Origin: Vicugna vicugna
Lineage: Eukaryota
DNA length: 64,000 bases
Assembly: GCA_013265495.1 (NCBI GenBank)
Contig: MU058796.1
Coordinates: 496,001 to 560,000 of the forward strand
Reading direction: 5' to 3'
Position numbers and translations under genes: made by a program
Notes under the pieces: model-generated
Seen by the model: only the letters and a program-made list of their open reading frames with translations
Database searches by the model: none
Told to the model about the DNA's origin: nothing
Shown: positions 14,807 through 28,985 of the stretch, piece after piece
Layout of the letters: each line of letters starts with the position of its first letter
Position numbering within the stretch: position 1 is the first letter of the stretch

Positions 14807-16159
14807 CCAAAAAGAACTCTGAAATACACAACAAAAGTAGGAAAATAAATAGAAAATTAAGTTTAAAAGATTAAAAGTGGAGTTGTCTTAAGGATTTAAA
14901 ATATGATCTGAGAGCATTTGGACACAAGAGAGGTTGCTCCTGGCATGTTAACATATATTTATTAAGTTTCCACTTTATTAGGTCCTGTAATTATGGCTGT
15001 GAACAGGATGGAAACTGTCTGTACTCTTAAGCAGACTTTCTTTTCCATCTTTAGTCAGAAAGCCCATGAATTCAAATTACAGCCTGATGATTGCTGTTAA
15101 GATGATACGAAGAAATTCCTAGTTATACTTGGAAATTAATGGGGTGGCTTATTAAAGATAGTTATATAATTTCTGCTACTGAGGTTATTGACATTGGATT
15201 TTTGACATTGTGGTATCCCCAATTTTGCAGACCACACAGCATTTAATACATATTGAGTCTGAAAAGGTGAATGATAAGAGTAGAAATAATGGGTAGCATC
15301 TGATTATTCTAGTTCAGGTAAAATTGTTAGTAAAATAGGAGACTGAGATAGAGGAGTCTAAGAGAGGGGACAACTCCTTCATAAAAATATGAACCGTTGC
15401 TCTCCAGCTCCAGAAGCGCACTCCTCTGGGCTCCGTATGGCTTAGGGAAACAATCTGGGGCTCTCTGTGTAGAACAATCTCTTTCTTTCTGATTCCAGAG
15501 GGCACATCCGTATAGACTTCCAATATATACATATTACAAAGTAACATGTGGGCAAGCATATTTCCTCAGACATAATGAAAGTGAATTTTATTAAGAAGAT
15601 TAATTTATTCAACAAACTGACTTTGTGCTGGACCTGAAAACAAAGGTGACCAAGGCAATAGACTGGGATATAGAACCTTTTAGTCTGTTTCCTTTGAATC
15701 CTGCAGAGGTTTCATAGTCTTTGATCATTTGGTTTGGGTAATAGAAAAATGTTGACATCTGAATGCTCAGAAAAATTGGTAATAATGTTGCATGCAATGA
15801 AGTTTTCATCATTAAAATATTTGTTACTAACCTTTGAATGACTTTGAAATTTTGCCTGTAAGATTTCCAAATAAAATTTCTACTTGTGTTAATACACAGA
15901 AAAGTTGCTGAGTGAGCAAGCTATATATTCAAACATATAATTTACAAAAAATTTTAATGTACTCTATTGAAAATCTATGAAAAATTTATCAGTGTGTCCC
16001 TTTAACTTGTATTTGATAGGTTTATTTTAAATGCCTAGGAAATGTTTTGGTTGACTTTACTAGGATTGCATTGATGCCCATGGTAACATGGGCTAAAAGG
16101 GTGTTGATGTGAAGTGGCCTCGAAGCTCAAAAAATAACTACTGATAGAATTTGACCGGG

Positions 16160-16268
16160 TACCATAGTATAGTGAGAGGAGCATTCACGCCAGTCTCCAG
16201 ATTCCTTTTGTAGTAACGTGACCTTGGATAAATACCCCAGAGCCTCCGTTTTCTGAGCTGTAAAATTA
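16160..16268 (+). mobile_element. MIR fragment
   Basis: gtgaccttggataaat...gagcctccgttttctgagctgtaaaat. Confidence 0.55.
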
Positions 16269-16279
16269 ATATCACACAT

Positions 16280-16570
16280 GCATTAAGTGCTTACTATAAT
16301 CAGGCGCTATGCTGGATGCTTGGGATAAAAACAAGAGTAAATATCCATTCTTGCCTTCAAGAAGCTTTTTGGTATTAAAAGGAGAAATACATACGTAGAT
16401 GTGTTTTAAGCCATGTGACGGTGTAGAGAGTGTCCATGGATGTATTGTCAGAATTATGACACAGTTTAGGGGGTGAGGTGAGATAGCCTAAGTTTGGGGT
16501 AAGAGAAAACCCATTAGAGGTTTTCCGTTTCTAATCTTTAAAAAGGATGAGTAAGAATTCACCAAATAGC
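16280..16570 (-). mobile_element. L2 3' fragment
   Basis: attaagtgcttactat..caggcgctatgctggatgcttgggataaa....ttgccttcaagaagct, the reverse L2 tail pattern. Confidence 0.6.
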
Positions 16571-16702
16571 CAGGATTCTGTGGATTCAGCCAAGTCACAG
16601 TGCTAAGTAAGTGAGATAATATATACTGTGTCCAGAACATTCTAAGTCCTTGCAAGTCATGGTCCCTTTTCCTGACCTATCTTCTAGTGTAGTATTCACA
16701 TA

Positions 16703-16733
16703 ACACACACACGCCCACACACACACACACACA
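16703..16733 (+). repeat. Interrupted (CA)n microsatellite
   Basis: Read directly from the sequence. Confidence 0.9.
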
Positions 16734-16994
16734 GTTGGCAAATGAACTTTGCACCCTCAAAGATGGTATAGGGCAGACAGATGAGAGCAGCACGGACTAG
16801 CTTATTTCTCATTACCTATAGTTATAATCTCATAATCTGCAAATTATCTATGTATAATGAGTTACACAGTTTTATCTGGCTTATAATTTGCTAATTAAGC
16901 TGCTTCCTTAGTTACTGGAGATGGAACCCAGAGCTATGACCAGGCATCAAATGCACCACTTTTTAAGAAAAGTTATGTTGGCAAAATTGAGTTC

Positions 16995-17190
16995 TTACAC
17001 TTGTGAAGCACTCTTTAGAATACTTTAAATGTAGTGACATTTAATCCTCACAAAACTCTGTGAGGCGTAAGAGCTATTGACATTCCAGTTTTACAGATGG
17101 GGAAACTGAAGTACAGAGTTCTCCTGAGCAACGTCACTCAGCTAGTAAAGAGAAAAGCTGGGTTCAAATCTAGATGTTCTGTGCTGGACC
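16995..17190 (-). mobile_element. MIR SINE
   Basis: catttaatcctcacaaaactctgtgagg...ttttacagatggggaaactgaag...cagctagtaa...gctgggttcaaatc. Confidence 0.8.
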
Positions 17191-20100
17191 GTGTACATCT
17201 GCAAAATAGCATATGGTTAAGAAGTGCCTAGAAATAAGCCTTCTTGTCCCAGAAAAATAAGGCTTTCAAGGTAATATGTGCAGCCAGCAACTAGGTTTTA
17301 AAGCACACAGGAAGCAAGCCAATTAGCCAGTCTATCAGATGTGAGTGAACACTTTTCTACAAGTGACTGTGGTTGAAAAGCCTGCAGAATATTGTTGCAG
17401 AGCAGACACTGGAAATCTGAAGTCTGCATCACCAGGGAGGTAGAGAGAGCATTTCACTGAAGGGTAGGGGCGGCTCTTTGTCTCTGCATTCTTCGGGCAT
17501 CCTCGGTGTGCTGGCTACTGTTTGCCTTTTCAGTAAGACTCAGTGTCCAAGAGCGGTGCGTGGGGGCACCACGATAACCAGTGACCCCTCCTTTAATGTT
17601 TTTCTCCTTTGGTGATAAATTATTTTTCTTTGAAAAACCTGACATTTGTTAGTGTGATTTGAGGAGTCTGTGCACATAATTCGTCTCAGTGCTAAAGTAT
17701 CATCCTGTCTCTAAATCAGGACTGGTTTTGTTAGTTTCATGATAGTTTCACGCTGAATACTCTGCTAGGGAAGGCTTTAAGAGAAGGAAGCTCCTGCCCC
17801 CTTAAATTAGAGGGAGGACCAGAAGCTGAGCTACAGGAGCGAATTCCAAGTGGGGAGAGTGGGATGAAGAAAGTTAGAAAGCCGGAGTGTACATGCCAGA
17901 TTTTAGATCATGAGTAAATTATTTGACTCTATTTCATAGTGTAAACAGATTAACATTTTAACAAATTACACGAAAAAATAAATTACTGGAATTTTCTGCA
18001 TAGTATCTTGATGTCACAGGTATCATCTGTTTCTTTCTTTAATAGAATTAATGCATTCCACAAGAGTGGATCACTCATTCACCTTTCAGTGTGTGAGGTT
18101 AACACAACAACAGCAAAGTGGCAGCCATGGGATGTTGCCATGGGAAGAAGCCTGGATTGAGTCCGGGTACATCTGGAACAAACAGCAAGGTCATTATGAG
18201 TTGGACAAGGTGGGGAGTCGGAGAACCCCATGTAATCTTTGGGAGACAGGCCCTTGCTTTAGCAAAATACTTCCTTCCTTATTGAGTCAGTGTGTCTGGG
18301 CACAGGCCACCCAAGGGAAATGAGGGAATTATGATGTAAGGAGAAAGGATATATGCAGTCTTCAGAAAAACCACTGGGGATTTCCATGTCCTCAGTAGCT
18401 CAGAACAAGAAAGGTCAAGGAAGCACTTCCGTTCTCAGAGTAAGAGATGGCACGTGTTCTTGTCATTCCCATGAAAGGAATGAGGTTTTCATCCTCCTCC
18501 TGGGCTGTGTGCGTTTTTGTTCAGTCGCTCACTTTAACCCAAGTTCTGCTTCTTGGTACCTCAGGCTTGGTGGCCAGTTTTCATCACCTCCCAGATTGCA
18601 GAGCCCAGTTGGTTTTGATGTCACTGTTACGTAAAAAGGGTTTCCACTTCCTGGGTTTCTTTTTTCTCCCTGTATATTCATATTCATATGCTTTTCCATA
18701 ACCTTCTGAGAACACATTCCCAAATCACTAAATATTATTTATAATTATTATTACTTGTTTATAATGTTTATTAGGGTTGCATTCTGTTCTATTTTTTTAA
18801 AATGTTGTGTTTTATCACTGTGCCTTTGAACCATTTTACCGTTTTGATCCTTTAGTTTAACTCAAGTTTTCCATTATTATGAATTTCTTTTTATCCAAAT
18901 CTTTGTCAAATTTTGGGTTCTTTTCAGAACATATTACAAAAGGCTCTTTTCAGAAACATTGTATCAATTTAAAGTCTCAGAAGTAAATGAGGCTGTGTGT
19001 TTTACAATACCCAAATAAATCTTTGGTAATTCGATAGAAAATTTCACCAAATTTGAATTTTTTTCCCTCCTTTTTGTTCTTAGCAATTAAATTGAGCATT
19101 GTATATATTTGTTTGCTACTTATTCATTTTCCTGATTTTTCCTCTTCACCTACTTTGAAATTGATACATTTTGCAAACACTTCTTATATAAAGTATTTAA
19201 CCTTTGTGGCATTTAGACAGTTTATCTTGGAAGATGTAATTTTCTAAAACATGCATGTGGTTATTATAAATCAGATTCACCTAAACTAACTCATTTTCTG
19301 ATAAGAAGCACTTGCTTGTTTTTGAGACTCTATCAAGCTTTTCTTTGTTTTTGAGTTTTTTTTAATAGTAAGGGAGCTTTTTTAATCTAGTGACATACAG
19401 CTTCATAAGGGTGAAATTTAAAGTATTAGAGATTTTAAAGGGAAATAAACATGTAAGTACCAGGAAAGGGGCCTTAGAGTGGTACACTGAGGCATAGCAG
19501 CACTGGCTCAAAACAGGTGGGTTCCCGAGAGCCCCTTTGTCCTGCAGTTCCTAAAAATCCGTTAGAATGTCTGAGTCCAGAAGTTGGAACTGCTCTGTTG
19601 CCTCTGTGCTATTGGTACCTGTAGGGAGTAAGTGTGAACGAGGACAGTGGGTTGTGTGTGTGTGTGAGGGCAGAGTCTGTGCAGTTGGATCTGCTACCGT
19701 GCTGTTTCTTAGTTCCCTTGATGTTCAACTTGGCAGTTAAATACAAGAGAGGATATAATTTTAACGTTGCAGAAAAGTAGTAGTATTTCTTTTTTTAAGA
19801 CAGCATTTTAACTGTAAAATGTCAGATTAAATTTATCTCCTCCCACCCCCGCCTCCCTGCCTGAGTGCTCTGGTGACACAGATTTGAAAATAGTTTGATT
19901 GTGTTCTTTGAAACCTCATCTTTTCATTAAGAATTGGACAGACTTCAGCACCACAGTGCAAAATAATAACATCAAAACCACCCATGAATCAAAGTCGTTA
20001 TTGTCATTTAAGGAATTACACCATTTGGGGAAGTGGTTTCTGTTTTCACTTACAGTATTACGATTAGTAAAGTTCATTTTTAAGTCCTCTCTTTGTCCGG

Positions 20101-20379
20101 GAGGACTTTTACCACTGAGTGGGCTTTCTGTAGTTTATGGAAGTGATGGAGTCGCCTCCACCTTGAAAATTGTTAGTTTCTTTGGCTTATTCCAGAATAG
20201 TCTGGTGAAGAAATTAGAATGTGCTGAGGACACAAACACAAATGGATGAATGAGCAAAATAAATGTGTTTAGGTGAGAATACCAAAGATGCTAATGAGAG
20301 ATTAATTTAGAAATGCTGTTTTTGCATTGAGTGGTGGTTTTATTTTGAGTTTGCATTTTGAAGTGAAATTCACAAAATG

Positions 20380-20541
20380 GGCGGGGGTGTAGCTCAGTGG
20401 TAGAGTGCATACTTAGTATGCACGAGGTCCTGGGTTCCATCCCCAGTACCTCTGTTAAATGAAAAAATAATAATAGATAAATAAATAAATAAACCTAATT
20501 ACCTCCCCCCTAAAAAATAAACAAACAAGCAAAGAAACAAA
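20380..20541 (+). mobile_element. tRNA-derived SINE, vic-1 type
   Basis: gggggtgTAGCTCAGTGGTAGAGTGCATACTTAGTATGCACGAGGTCCTGGGTTCCATCCCCAGTACCTC, then (TAAA)n, CCTAATTACCTCCCCC and an A-rich tail. Flanking ACAAAATG repeat at 20372 and 20542. Confidence 0.9.
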
Positions 20542-20621
20542 ACAAAATGAGCTCACTACTGCATTTGGTGTATTTTTGCAGTTTTTAGTTGGTCCAAGAG
20601 CACTGAGAAAAGTAACAGCAT

Positions 20622-20775
20622 GAGGTTGAGGGGAGGGCATCTCAGTGGTAAAGTATGTGCCTAGCATGTGCACGGTCTTGGGTTCAATCCCCAGTACCTC
20701 TATTAAAATAAATAAGTAAATAAGTAAACCTAATTACCTCTCCCACAAAAATAAAACCAAAAAAACTATTGAAAA
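20622..20775 (+). mobile_element. tRNA-derived SINE, vic-1 type
   Basis: Same family body with B-box GGGTTCAATCCCC; perfect 14-bp TSD AAAAGTAACAGCAT at 20608-20621 and 20776-20789. Confidence 0.9.
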
Positions 20776-23700
20776 AAAAGTAACAGCATACAATTGTACA
20801 CTGTTCACTGGAGTAACTTTTTGGTTCATGTTTTGACATACTGTATATTTAGGCGTTCCAGTGGCTCTGTGTATCTTTCAGAAATTTATCTTTACACCTG
20901 CTCATGAGATGAAAATAGCCTTCATTTATAAAGAATGTTATATGTTAGTAGTGACAGTCTAGATTTGGGGTTTAAAAAATTCATGTATGTAGCATAATTT
21001 AAAATAAAATTTTAAACATTAGGGGAAAGAAAAGAAATTAAATAAGTCAACTTTGACCTCATGAGGTTTTTGTTTGTTTGTTTGTTTTTGTTTATTTTTT
21101 ATAGAAATGCAAAAGTAAGTCAAAATAAGTTTTTTTTCCCCCTAGAACCCTATTGGAAAATGCCTTCACACCTGTAGCAGAAAAGCCTTTCTGTCATCTT
21201 CCATAGTATTCATGTGTTCAGTTAAATAAATACATATTTAAAAAGCCCTAACTTCCCAAAGTTCTTTGAGGTTTTAGGGGAAGAGTGCCTTTTATGGCAT
21301 ATTGGCAGAAAGACATGAAATTTCTCCCTTCTTCATTGGGAAAAGTTTAAATGCCTGACACATTTTAAATGATCGAAGTGTTAGTGTGGGTAACAATTTG
21401 TGAAAGTTGGGATAAGAGTTGAGACTGGTTTCAGGCTGTGTTAATCTTTCCTACCTGAAGTGAGAAATAAATACCTCTTGGAATGTACGTGGAGTTACAC
21501 GCCTTTCCCTTCTGGGACACTTGTTGGAGTCAGCAGTAGTTGAATGTGATAACCTTTGGATTCCTGTTTGGGACTGAGAGGAATGAGTGGGTGGTTTCAG
21601 TGCAGTTTCTATGTAGTTAACTCAAATCAGTTTTAGAATTGGTATTAATTGGCCCCCTTATGGATGCCTTTAATGAGGAAGCCAGTTGTTACACTGGTAA
21701 CTTCTTCATACCTGGAGAGTTTATTATTGTCAAATAAAACTTGATTGACCTAGAAGTCTTATACTAATATACATCGTTGTCCCTCTTGTGATTCAGTGTA
21801 AATGTCCATTTAAAAATATGGAATTATGGTTAATAGTTTTTTGTGAGTTTTGGGTGTTTTTTTTTAAACTGTTGTTTATGTTTAAGTACAACAAGATATT
21901 AACAGAAAGACTTAGAATCCAAATTCTGACTCTCTGATCTGGGAGACCAGCCTGGGGAAGACGTTAAATGAGGTCTGCACCCCTAAGTAGTGGTATTCTT
22001 CAGACTCATACAGTGGCAGGAAGGGAATAGGCCCCTTTAGCCAGGATGGCTTGGGGTGAGCCACTGGTTAATGGAACAAGACTAATATTTTTGCATTTTT
22101 GCTTTAACTGCTTTTAAGAAAATATATTCTAAGGTTGTGTAGGGTGAGGGGAACTAACGGAATTTCTGGCATCAAGAAGGGTAATACAAGTAATATAATA
22201 AAATTGTTAGATTATATTAAGTAATCAGCGTGGAAGTAGAAATCAATTGTTGTACCAGAAGAGAGAATTAAATTATGGTTTTCTTACTTTGTGCTTATTC
22301 TCTAATTTTTTTTGTCAATGAATAATGTATACAGAATTAGTTATGAATTTTAATTTGATACTATAATGTGAGTGACTTCAGAAACAGAATTTTTGATAGT
22401 AACTTCTTAATGTTAAACTGGTTATAAAAAAGTCATAAGTGCAAAGAGTGTTTCTTGTTTCCTTGATGGAAGGAAAAAGGAACCGGTAAAGTTGCTGTTC
22501 TGATTTTTGTGGTGCTTTTACATGACCAATGACCACAACTCCTGGATGATTTTGACTCTGGCAGGTGGTCGGTCATTTTAGGGTGCATTTCATAGTTGAG
22601 TCCCACTGATTTGGAGACTTGGGTGAAGATGTCATCTTTGTCACATTTATACATATAGGTATACATATGTGTGTGTGTATTTTTATCTCCTGACAGCTGA
22701 ATGTTTAAATAAAACATTTTCTGATAAGGTATATAGCTTGAACTTCAAAATTAAAAATTTTAAAACTAACATATAAAAGGAGACAGTGGTGAAGCGTGTG
22801 TGTTTCCTCCTCTATAAAATAATCTTCACTTTATGTTCTTGGGTATATTTCACATCTTTTTGTACAAAGACTAAAAATATAAAATAAATCATAAAATAAA
22901 ATTAAGTAAAAGGTGAATGCTGACTATGTGACTAAAGTTACTGTGCTGTAACTAAGAATACAAAAATAAATAGGCTTCGCTTCTTTCTGTTCAGCAGATC
23001 GGTTTAGTAGGAAAGGAATGTAAGTAAAGAACACGTTGCCTGCTCTGATAGAGGAGCTCATAATGATTCGCTCACTCATTGCATTCATATATCTATTTGT
23101 TTAACGTATCTTTATTTTGTGCCCCCTGTAAAGAGACCGCTGTGAAGTGACTCTTTATTAGGTTTGGCGTTATAATGGTGAACCAGGCAGATACGTACCT
23201 TTCCTCAAGGAGAATTCACTCCCCATAGAAGTTACCCAGACACAGTGATTGTCTTTTTTTTTTTTTCCACTGGTACATCCTAAGTGTCTGGAAGACTGCT
23301 TGCTAGGCGCAAAGTAGGTGCTCATAAATATTTACTGGGAGAAAGAAAATAGATAACCCAAACCTGAGCTCCGGTTCTTCTTTTCTCGTTGTTAAGGTGG
23401 CCTTGAACTGGGTTTTGGGAGGAGTTGTTGCCTAAGAGGGGAATGAGTAGAACGTCCTGTGCAGAGGGCAGTTAAACGTAGGCCCTGGGTAGCAAGGCTT
23501 AGTGTTGAGGCTTAATACAAAATGCACCAGTATTTTTGAAAAGTACATTGATACGAAAGTATTGTCTTTGTGAACTTTTGGGAAGTCATAGCTGTATGCT
23601 GAGACTGTGAAAAGTGTCTCTTCCTGTGGCATATATTATTTTTAATAGACATGCTTACCAGGAATTTGATTTTTAAGAGTTTAGCATTAAACTGGTAGTA

Positions 23701-26074
23701 TTTTATAACTTTTAAGTGGCTATATTTTAATGGCACTTGTGAATTATTAATCAGTAGTGGATAGTTTACTGGTTTTTAAGTGGAAGAGATGATTTTCTTT
23801 CTAATAAGGAATTGAATCTCAAAATGTTTTAAAGGACTTACACTGCATACTTGCTCCTTAACACTTGAGAGGTTTTTTCAGGAGTAGCAGTATTTGAACC
23901 TAAGCGCTTATGGCCTTTTAACATATACACTTACCTTTTGAGTGTCCAGAATTTTGTTACTCTTAACGAATAACAAAAATAAAGTTCCCCCCTTGTTGTT
24001 TTTATAATTATATGGAATTATGTATTAATTTTAGTGTGTATTTATTTATTAGGTATTCCAGTGTAAAACTTACTATTTTGTATATAAATTGATTTTACTT
24101 GGAACTATAAGCATTTTTCTTTAAAAATTTTGTTTGAAGTGCTTCATAATTTAAAATGTATCCAAAAAGAAAAAAAAACAGTTTGTAAACCAAAATGACA
24201 CAGGAAGCTCAGGCATATCACTCAGGTATGTTGAGTTGATTTTGTAGTTACAGGATCTTAAGGTGTTTGAACCCTTTCTTATGCAAAAACTTCGTATTTT
24301 TGTAAGAATTTGATTTGCATTTCATGATAACCAAGTTTACTTACACACAAATTGCTACATTTTCAAACCCAGTGTGCCAGTGCTGGAAACTGACATTGCA
24401 TTCTTTTATTTTCTTTATTCTTGGCATGGAAACAAATTCAAAGGTGAAAATAGGTTTTTGTTTGTTTGTTTTTTTGTTTTTTATTGTCTACATGTCATTG
24501 TTTAGGCTCCTCACATAAACTGACAGGTTAAAAAAATTTTATGTTAATGAACACACAAAAAATAGGTATTTTAGGGTTTGATTGATGAAGTTATTTCACA
24601 GAGTAATAGAGTAACCAAAACAGTAGAGTGACGTTCCACAGACTTACCATGGAATGAGCTTTTAGCATACTGCGTTTTAGTATACAAACGAAAGCTTATT
24701 ATATATCCTTGATTTTTAAAAATTGTTGAAAACCCTCATGAATATGCAGAGATAAATGAAAAAAGTTGAACTTTTAGTGAAATAATTTATCTTTTAGTTT
24801 TACTTTCAACATTCTCTTTTCATCTAAATAAAAATGAAATGGAAATACATTTTCTGGAAGCTTCTAAGCTAGAGTTCAACCTGGTTGAAATCATGCCCCC
24901 TTCTCATTAAGTATTTTTCTCATTTCCATTTTGGGAAGAAATCATTAACATATATAAATAGGAATAAATCAGATTTCACATGCTGGCACTGGTAACAGAC
25001 CGTGGCCTGAGTTAATGTTTCCACAGAGCTCGAAGTCACAGCCTCAGTCCCATAGAGTTCCTGATAATCCAGAGGCTCGGTGCTTGCTGGGAGCCTGGGT
25101 GGCATCAGCAGTGGCATCCATGACAGGGTTTAGTTCAAAGTCATTAAGGAAAACAGTACCAGAGAAGTTTAAGTTTTTATAATACAACTTAACAAGAAGA
25201 CGTTAATAGGAGTGCGTGACTGTACAGAGATGTTCAAAGAGCAGACTGAATGGAGACAATGTTAGAAAAGCAAACTGTTCTTAATCAAGAGCTTAAAGTC
25301 TATCACAAGTATAAACTTATAGCAGTATACTATTTATTGCCAGAGTAGCATATTTTCTTGCAAAAAAAAGGTCATAAATGATGCAAAATCCAATGATAGA
25401 ATTCCGATTCTGGTTTTACAAGTTCCTACTCATAGCAGTCCATCTGTTTTATTAGGAGCTATCCCTTGCATGTGAATGACTTTAGTCCTGAGTCACTGCA
25501 CCTGTTGCCGAGAGGTATTTATTCCGGTCACCAGCCTAAAGCACGGAGAGTTATTGCTTGACATTTTATACCTTGGTGGGGGGAATGACTCTTTTTTCAA
25601 AATCATTTGTTCAGAGTGGAGAAGATGGAGCAAAACAGTTCATTTTACCCTGAGCACCGCTGTTTGGCAGTGTTCACATTTGCACAGCACAGAGCTGCAG
25701 TATTGATTTTTCGCTCACAGGGCCTCCCACAAGTTTTCTCTTCGATTGTCAGGGTCGCCAGATGGATTGGATTACGCTTTGCTTATTGGGATGCTTTTTT
25801 TTTCTTTGTTGAAAGAGAAATAGATTGAAAATACAGCTTAGAATAAATGTCATAGTAATAATGTGATTATAAAGGGCTTTAATTTGGGCATGTCTTTATG
25901 TTGGTTATGTTGACTGAGCAGTTTCGTTGACCACTTGACCATCAGGCAACTGTTTCCTTGCCCTTCTTCCTCTAGGTCTAGAAGGACCCAGTACACCCTA
26001 ACTACGCCTTCTACAACAGGGGTTCCCAAACCTACTGCTAATTGTCTATCATTTGGAGAAGTATTAAAGTAACA

Positions 26075-26258
26075 TTTGAGGACATGAACTTGGGAGCTAA
26101 ATTACTGGGTTTCAAACCTTGATTTCATTCTTGATGTGTGTGTAAAACAATTTTTCTGTGCTTTAGTTTCCTCCTTTGTAAAATGGTGATAATAATCACT
26201 ATCTCATATGATTGTTTTGAGGATTTATAGTCAGTAAATATTTGTAAAGTCTTTAGAG
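26075..26258 (+). mobile_element. MIR SINE (main part; its tail appears to resume at ~27450)
   Basis: MIR core tctgtgctttagtttcctcctttgtaaaatggtgataataat...ttgttttgaggattt...gtaaagtctttaga. Confidence 0.75.
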
Positions 26259-27449
26259 GGACTTAGGATGATGACGGGGTGAAGAGATGGCAAATCCTCT
26301 TCCAATCAAACAAGTATAAAACTGAACGGAATTGCAACAACCACCATTTTAAGGCTCTGGAAATTAACCAGAGCCAGATAAGACATCGGGTAGCACATCT
26401 TTATGAAAATGTGATGGAACTTCTGGTACGCACATTGGGAGTTCAAAGACTTCTAGCCTGGAGCTACTCCTGCCCCCACCCTGCACTCCTTGGCTTTATC
26501 ATTGTGATTAGTTCCATCAGAGCAAGGCTGGCTTTGAAATCCTGTGACCATGGTGCCTTAGAGAGAGGGCTTGATTTAGAGCAGAGGGTGGAAACCCACG
26601 CCCAGCAGTGCTGTCAGTAAACATAGTAAACACTGTGGAAAACAGATGGGGGGAAACCTTAGCTCTTCTTCCAGGTGAGGAGACTGAGGAAGCCTTGGAA
26701 ATGAAAGAGCCAAGAGTTCTCTGTATTCTTGACTGAATGGGAAGCTACACCTATAGCAGAGGAGACATGAGGGGACATGGCAGAAAGTAAATAACCAAGG
26801 CTGACTTCAAAATGACCTAAACTTCAACCCCTCTCCCTAACACAGTCAGGTCAGTCAGCAGAGGGCGGAGACCTTACTTCAGGTTCCTGGGTTCCTGGCT
26901 TTTGTGCAAAGTCTCCTCTCAATTATTGGCAGATCACTAAGCTATGGAGAGACAGGCATGGTCTAGAAGATAAGACCAGGCAGACTAGAAAATAAAAATG
27001 AGAATTAAAATAAAAACAACAGTATCAACAATGAGCAGACACACAGTAGTTGCACACTACGGGGGAGACAGATTCTGCAGATTAAATTCAGTCAGGATGC
27101 TGAAAAGGAACTGTACAGCAGCAACAATTCTCAGTGGGAAAGGGATCTAGAGTTGCTAGCAGTATATTTAAAACGTCTAGTTTTCAACAACAAAAAAAAT
27201 TTAGAAGATAATGCAGACACAGGGAAGTTGACCCATTCTAAGGAGAAGCAGCATTCAATGGAAGCTGTCTCTGATGTGGACCCAGATATTATTAGATTTA
27301 TCAGATAAACATTTCAAAGTGGCTACTATGAATATGTTCAAAGATTAAAGTAAAACTCTAGTAGAGAATTAAGAGGAAATAAGATGATGACTGAACATAT
27401 CAAATCTAAATAGAGAAAACCTATTTTTAAAAGGCTTTGGGGAAATTCT
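26259..27449 (+). mobile_element. Ancient LINE-1 5'UTR/ORF1-start fragment (L1M type)
   Basis: Motifs such as aaccaccattttaaggctctggaaatt, and cccagatatt..attagatttatcagataaacatttcaaagtggctactatgaatatgttcaaaga, resemble degenerate L1M 5'/ORF1 sequence; A-rich on the + strand. Confidence 0.6.
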
Positions 27450-28734
27450 TGGCACATATCAGTTATTTTATCAGTGTGTTGCAACTAAGTAAGTTTTCCT
27501 CACCAAATACAGTTATTCTACCTTCATATGAACACAGAGACTTCGATTCAGTAGGTCTGGATTAGGGCTTGAATATCTGTCTTTTAAAAAATGCCTACCA
27601 GGTGACTGATGCAAAGTCATATTTGGGAATCAGTGATCTATTCCTGGCAAGTGATTTTTTTTTAAAGTCCCCAAAAATACTCAATTTAAACCGTTAAGAA
27701 TGAATTCATGTACAAAGGAAGAAAGTGCAGTTAAGAAATAGTGGTCAGTACTTGTGATGATTTCTTCCTGTGACTCAGTATAGTAGTCATTAATGTGATA
27801 TAAATAAAGGTCTAAATAATTGTTTTTAGTAAGTTTTGTTCTATCTTTTCATAAATTGTACTTAGTGAAAAATACTGAATTTTAAAATCAATATTAATTG
27901 CGATAGTTTTATTTAAGTAGTTTTATTTATTTAAGACTTTCCAGACTTTAAAAATACCATTATTGGTGGAAGAGTTTGAAGCCCCATACCCCTTGAAGTT
28001 TTCAGGGAGATAGGAAGAAATGATCAAGGAAAGCATAACAGTTTACATTTTTCTTAATATGTTTTTTTTTAATTTCATAATTGACCCATGTTTATTCTGC
28101 TTTTGATTAAAATAGTTAATCCGGAAAGATGTCTGCTTGTGATTTTTGTGAACTGTGCCTTATGCATTCACGTCATGTACTTTTGAGAATTTTCTTGGCA
28201 GTACCACAAAGTCTACATTGTTATGCCAGAGCACATCCATGCTAACATCCTCATATATGTTTATATTTTAAAGAAATAGGTCAACTAACTTACTAATTTT
28301 TGATGACTTGAAAATGTTAGAATAGCATGTGTCCCCGAATAGAAAGAGCTTATCTATTTGGAATAATAGATTGACGAAATTTGATTGGATTTTGAAATGA
28401 CTTTAATTCTTCAGAAAAAGAAATGAAAACCCAAAGAAGTAAAGTGGCTTAGCCAGGTTCACAAGGCTGAGCCAGACACCCGTCCTTTAACGTTCAATAC
28501 TCTTCATACGTTTGTACTTGCCCAGTGTGGATTTTGCCCTTGTGTTGTTTATGGCACACACCGTCCAGTTTTATCTGTATGTTGTGGGAACCTTTTACAT
28601 AACTGTTTTCTGTCAGATTTACTAACATCTTTTGGTTAATTTCAGATTGTAGGAAAAATTATAGACTAAATCTTGATTGTATTATTAACATGGTGGTGGG
28701 AGCAGTCGCAGAGTCCCGTTCTGTTCACGGCCAT

Positions 28735-28985
28735 TAATCAGAGCCTAGGCTCTGGACTGTGAGAACCCTGCGTGGGTTTGTATCCAACTCAGAGTAATCC
28801 TTGAGATCCTGAATTCCCTACTACTTGATGCCTTAGTTTCATACTCTGTAAATTGATATTACAGTAACTACTCCATTATTTTTTGTTGATGATGTTAGTG
28901 AGCATAAAAAGAGGTGATCTATATTGAAGAATTTAGCACAGTGCCAAACATAGTAATTGCTGTGTGAATGTTAACTATTATAATA
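28735..28985 (+). mobile_element. MIR SINE
   Basis: agagcctaggctctggact...gccttagtttcatactctgtaaa...ttagcacagtgccaaacatagtaa...aatgttaactatta. Confidence 0.65.

Larger units (their letters stand above)
26017..27635 (+). mobile_element. MER5-family (hAT-Charlie) element split by nested insertions; arms at ~26017-26068 and ~27520-27635
   Basis: Imperfect TIRs CAGGGGTTCCCAAA and TTTGGGAATCAGTG (11/14 complementary); MER5 internal motif GATTCAGTAGGTCTGG...CCAGGTGA.TGATGC in the right arm. Confidence 0.6.

Noticed and set aside
17450..18650. GC-elevated region containing several short ORFs
   Set aside because: No protein similarity recognised; probably decayed ancient repeats that I could not assign with confidence.
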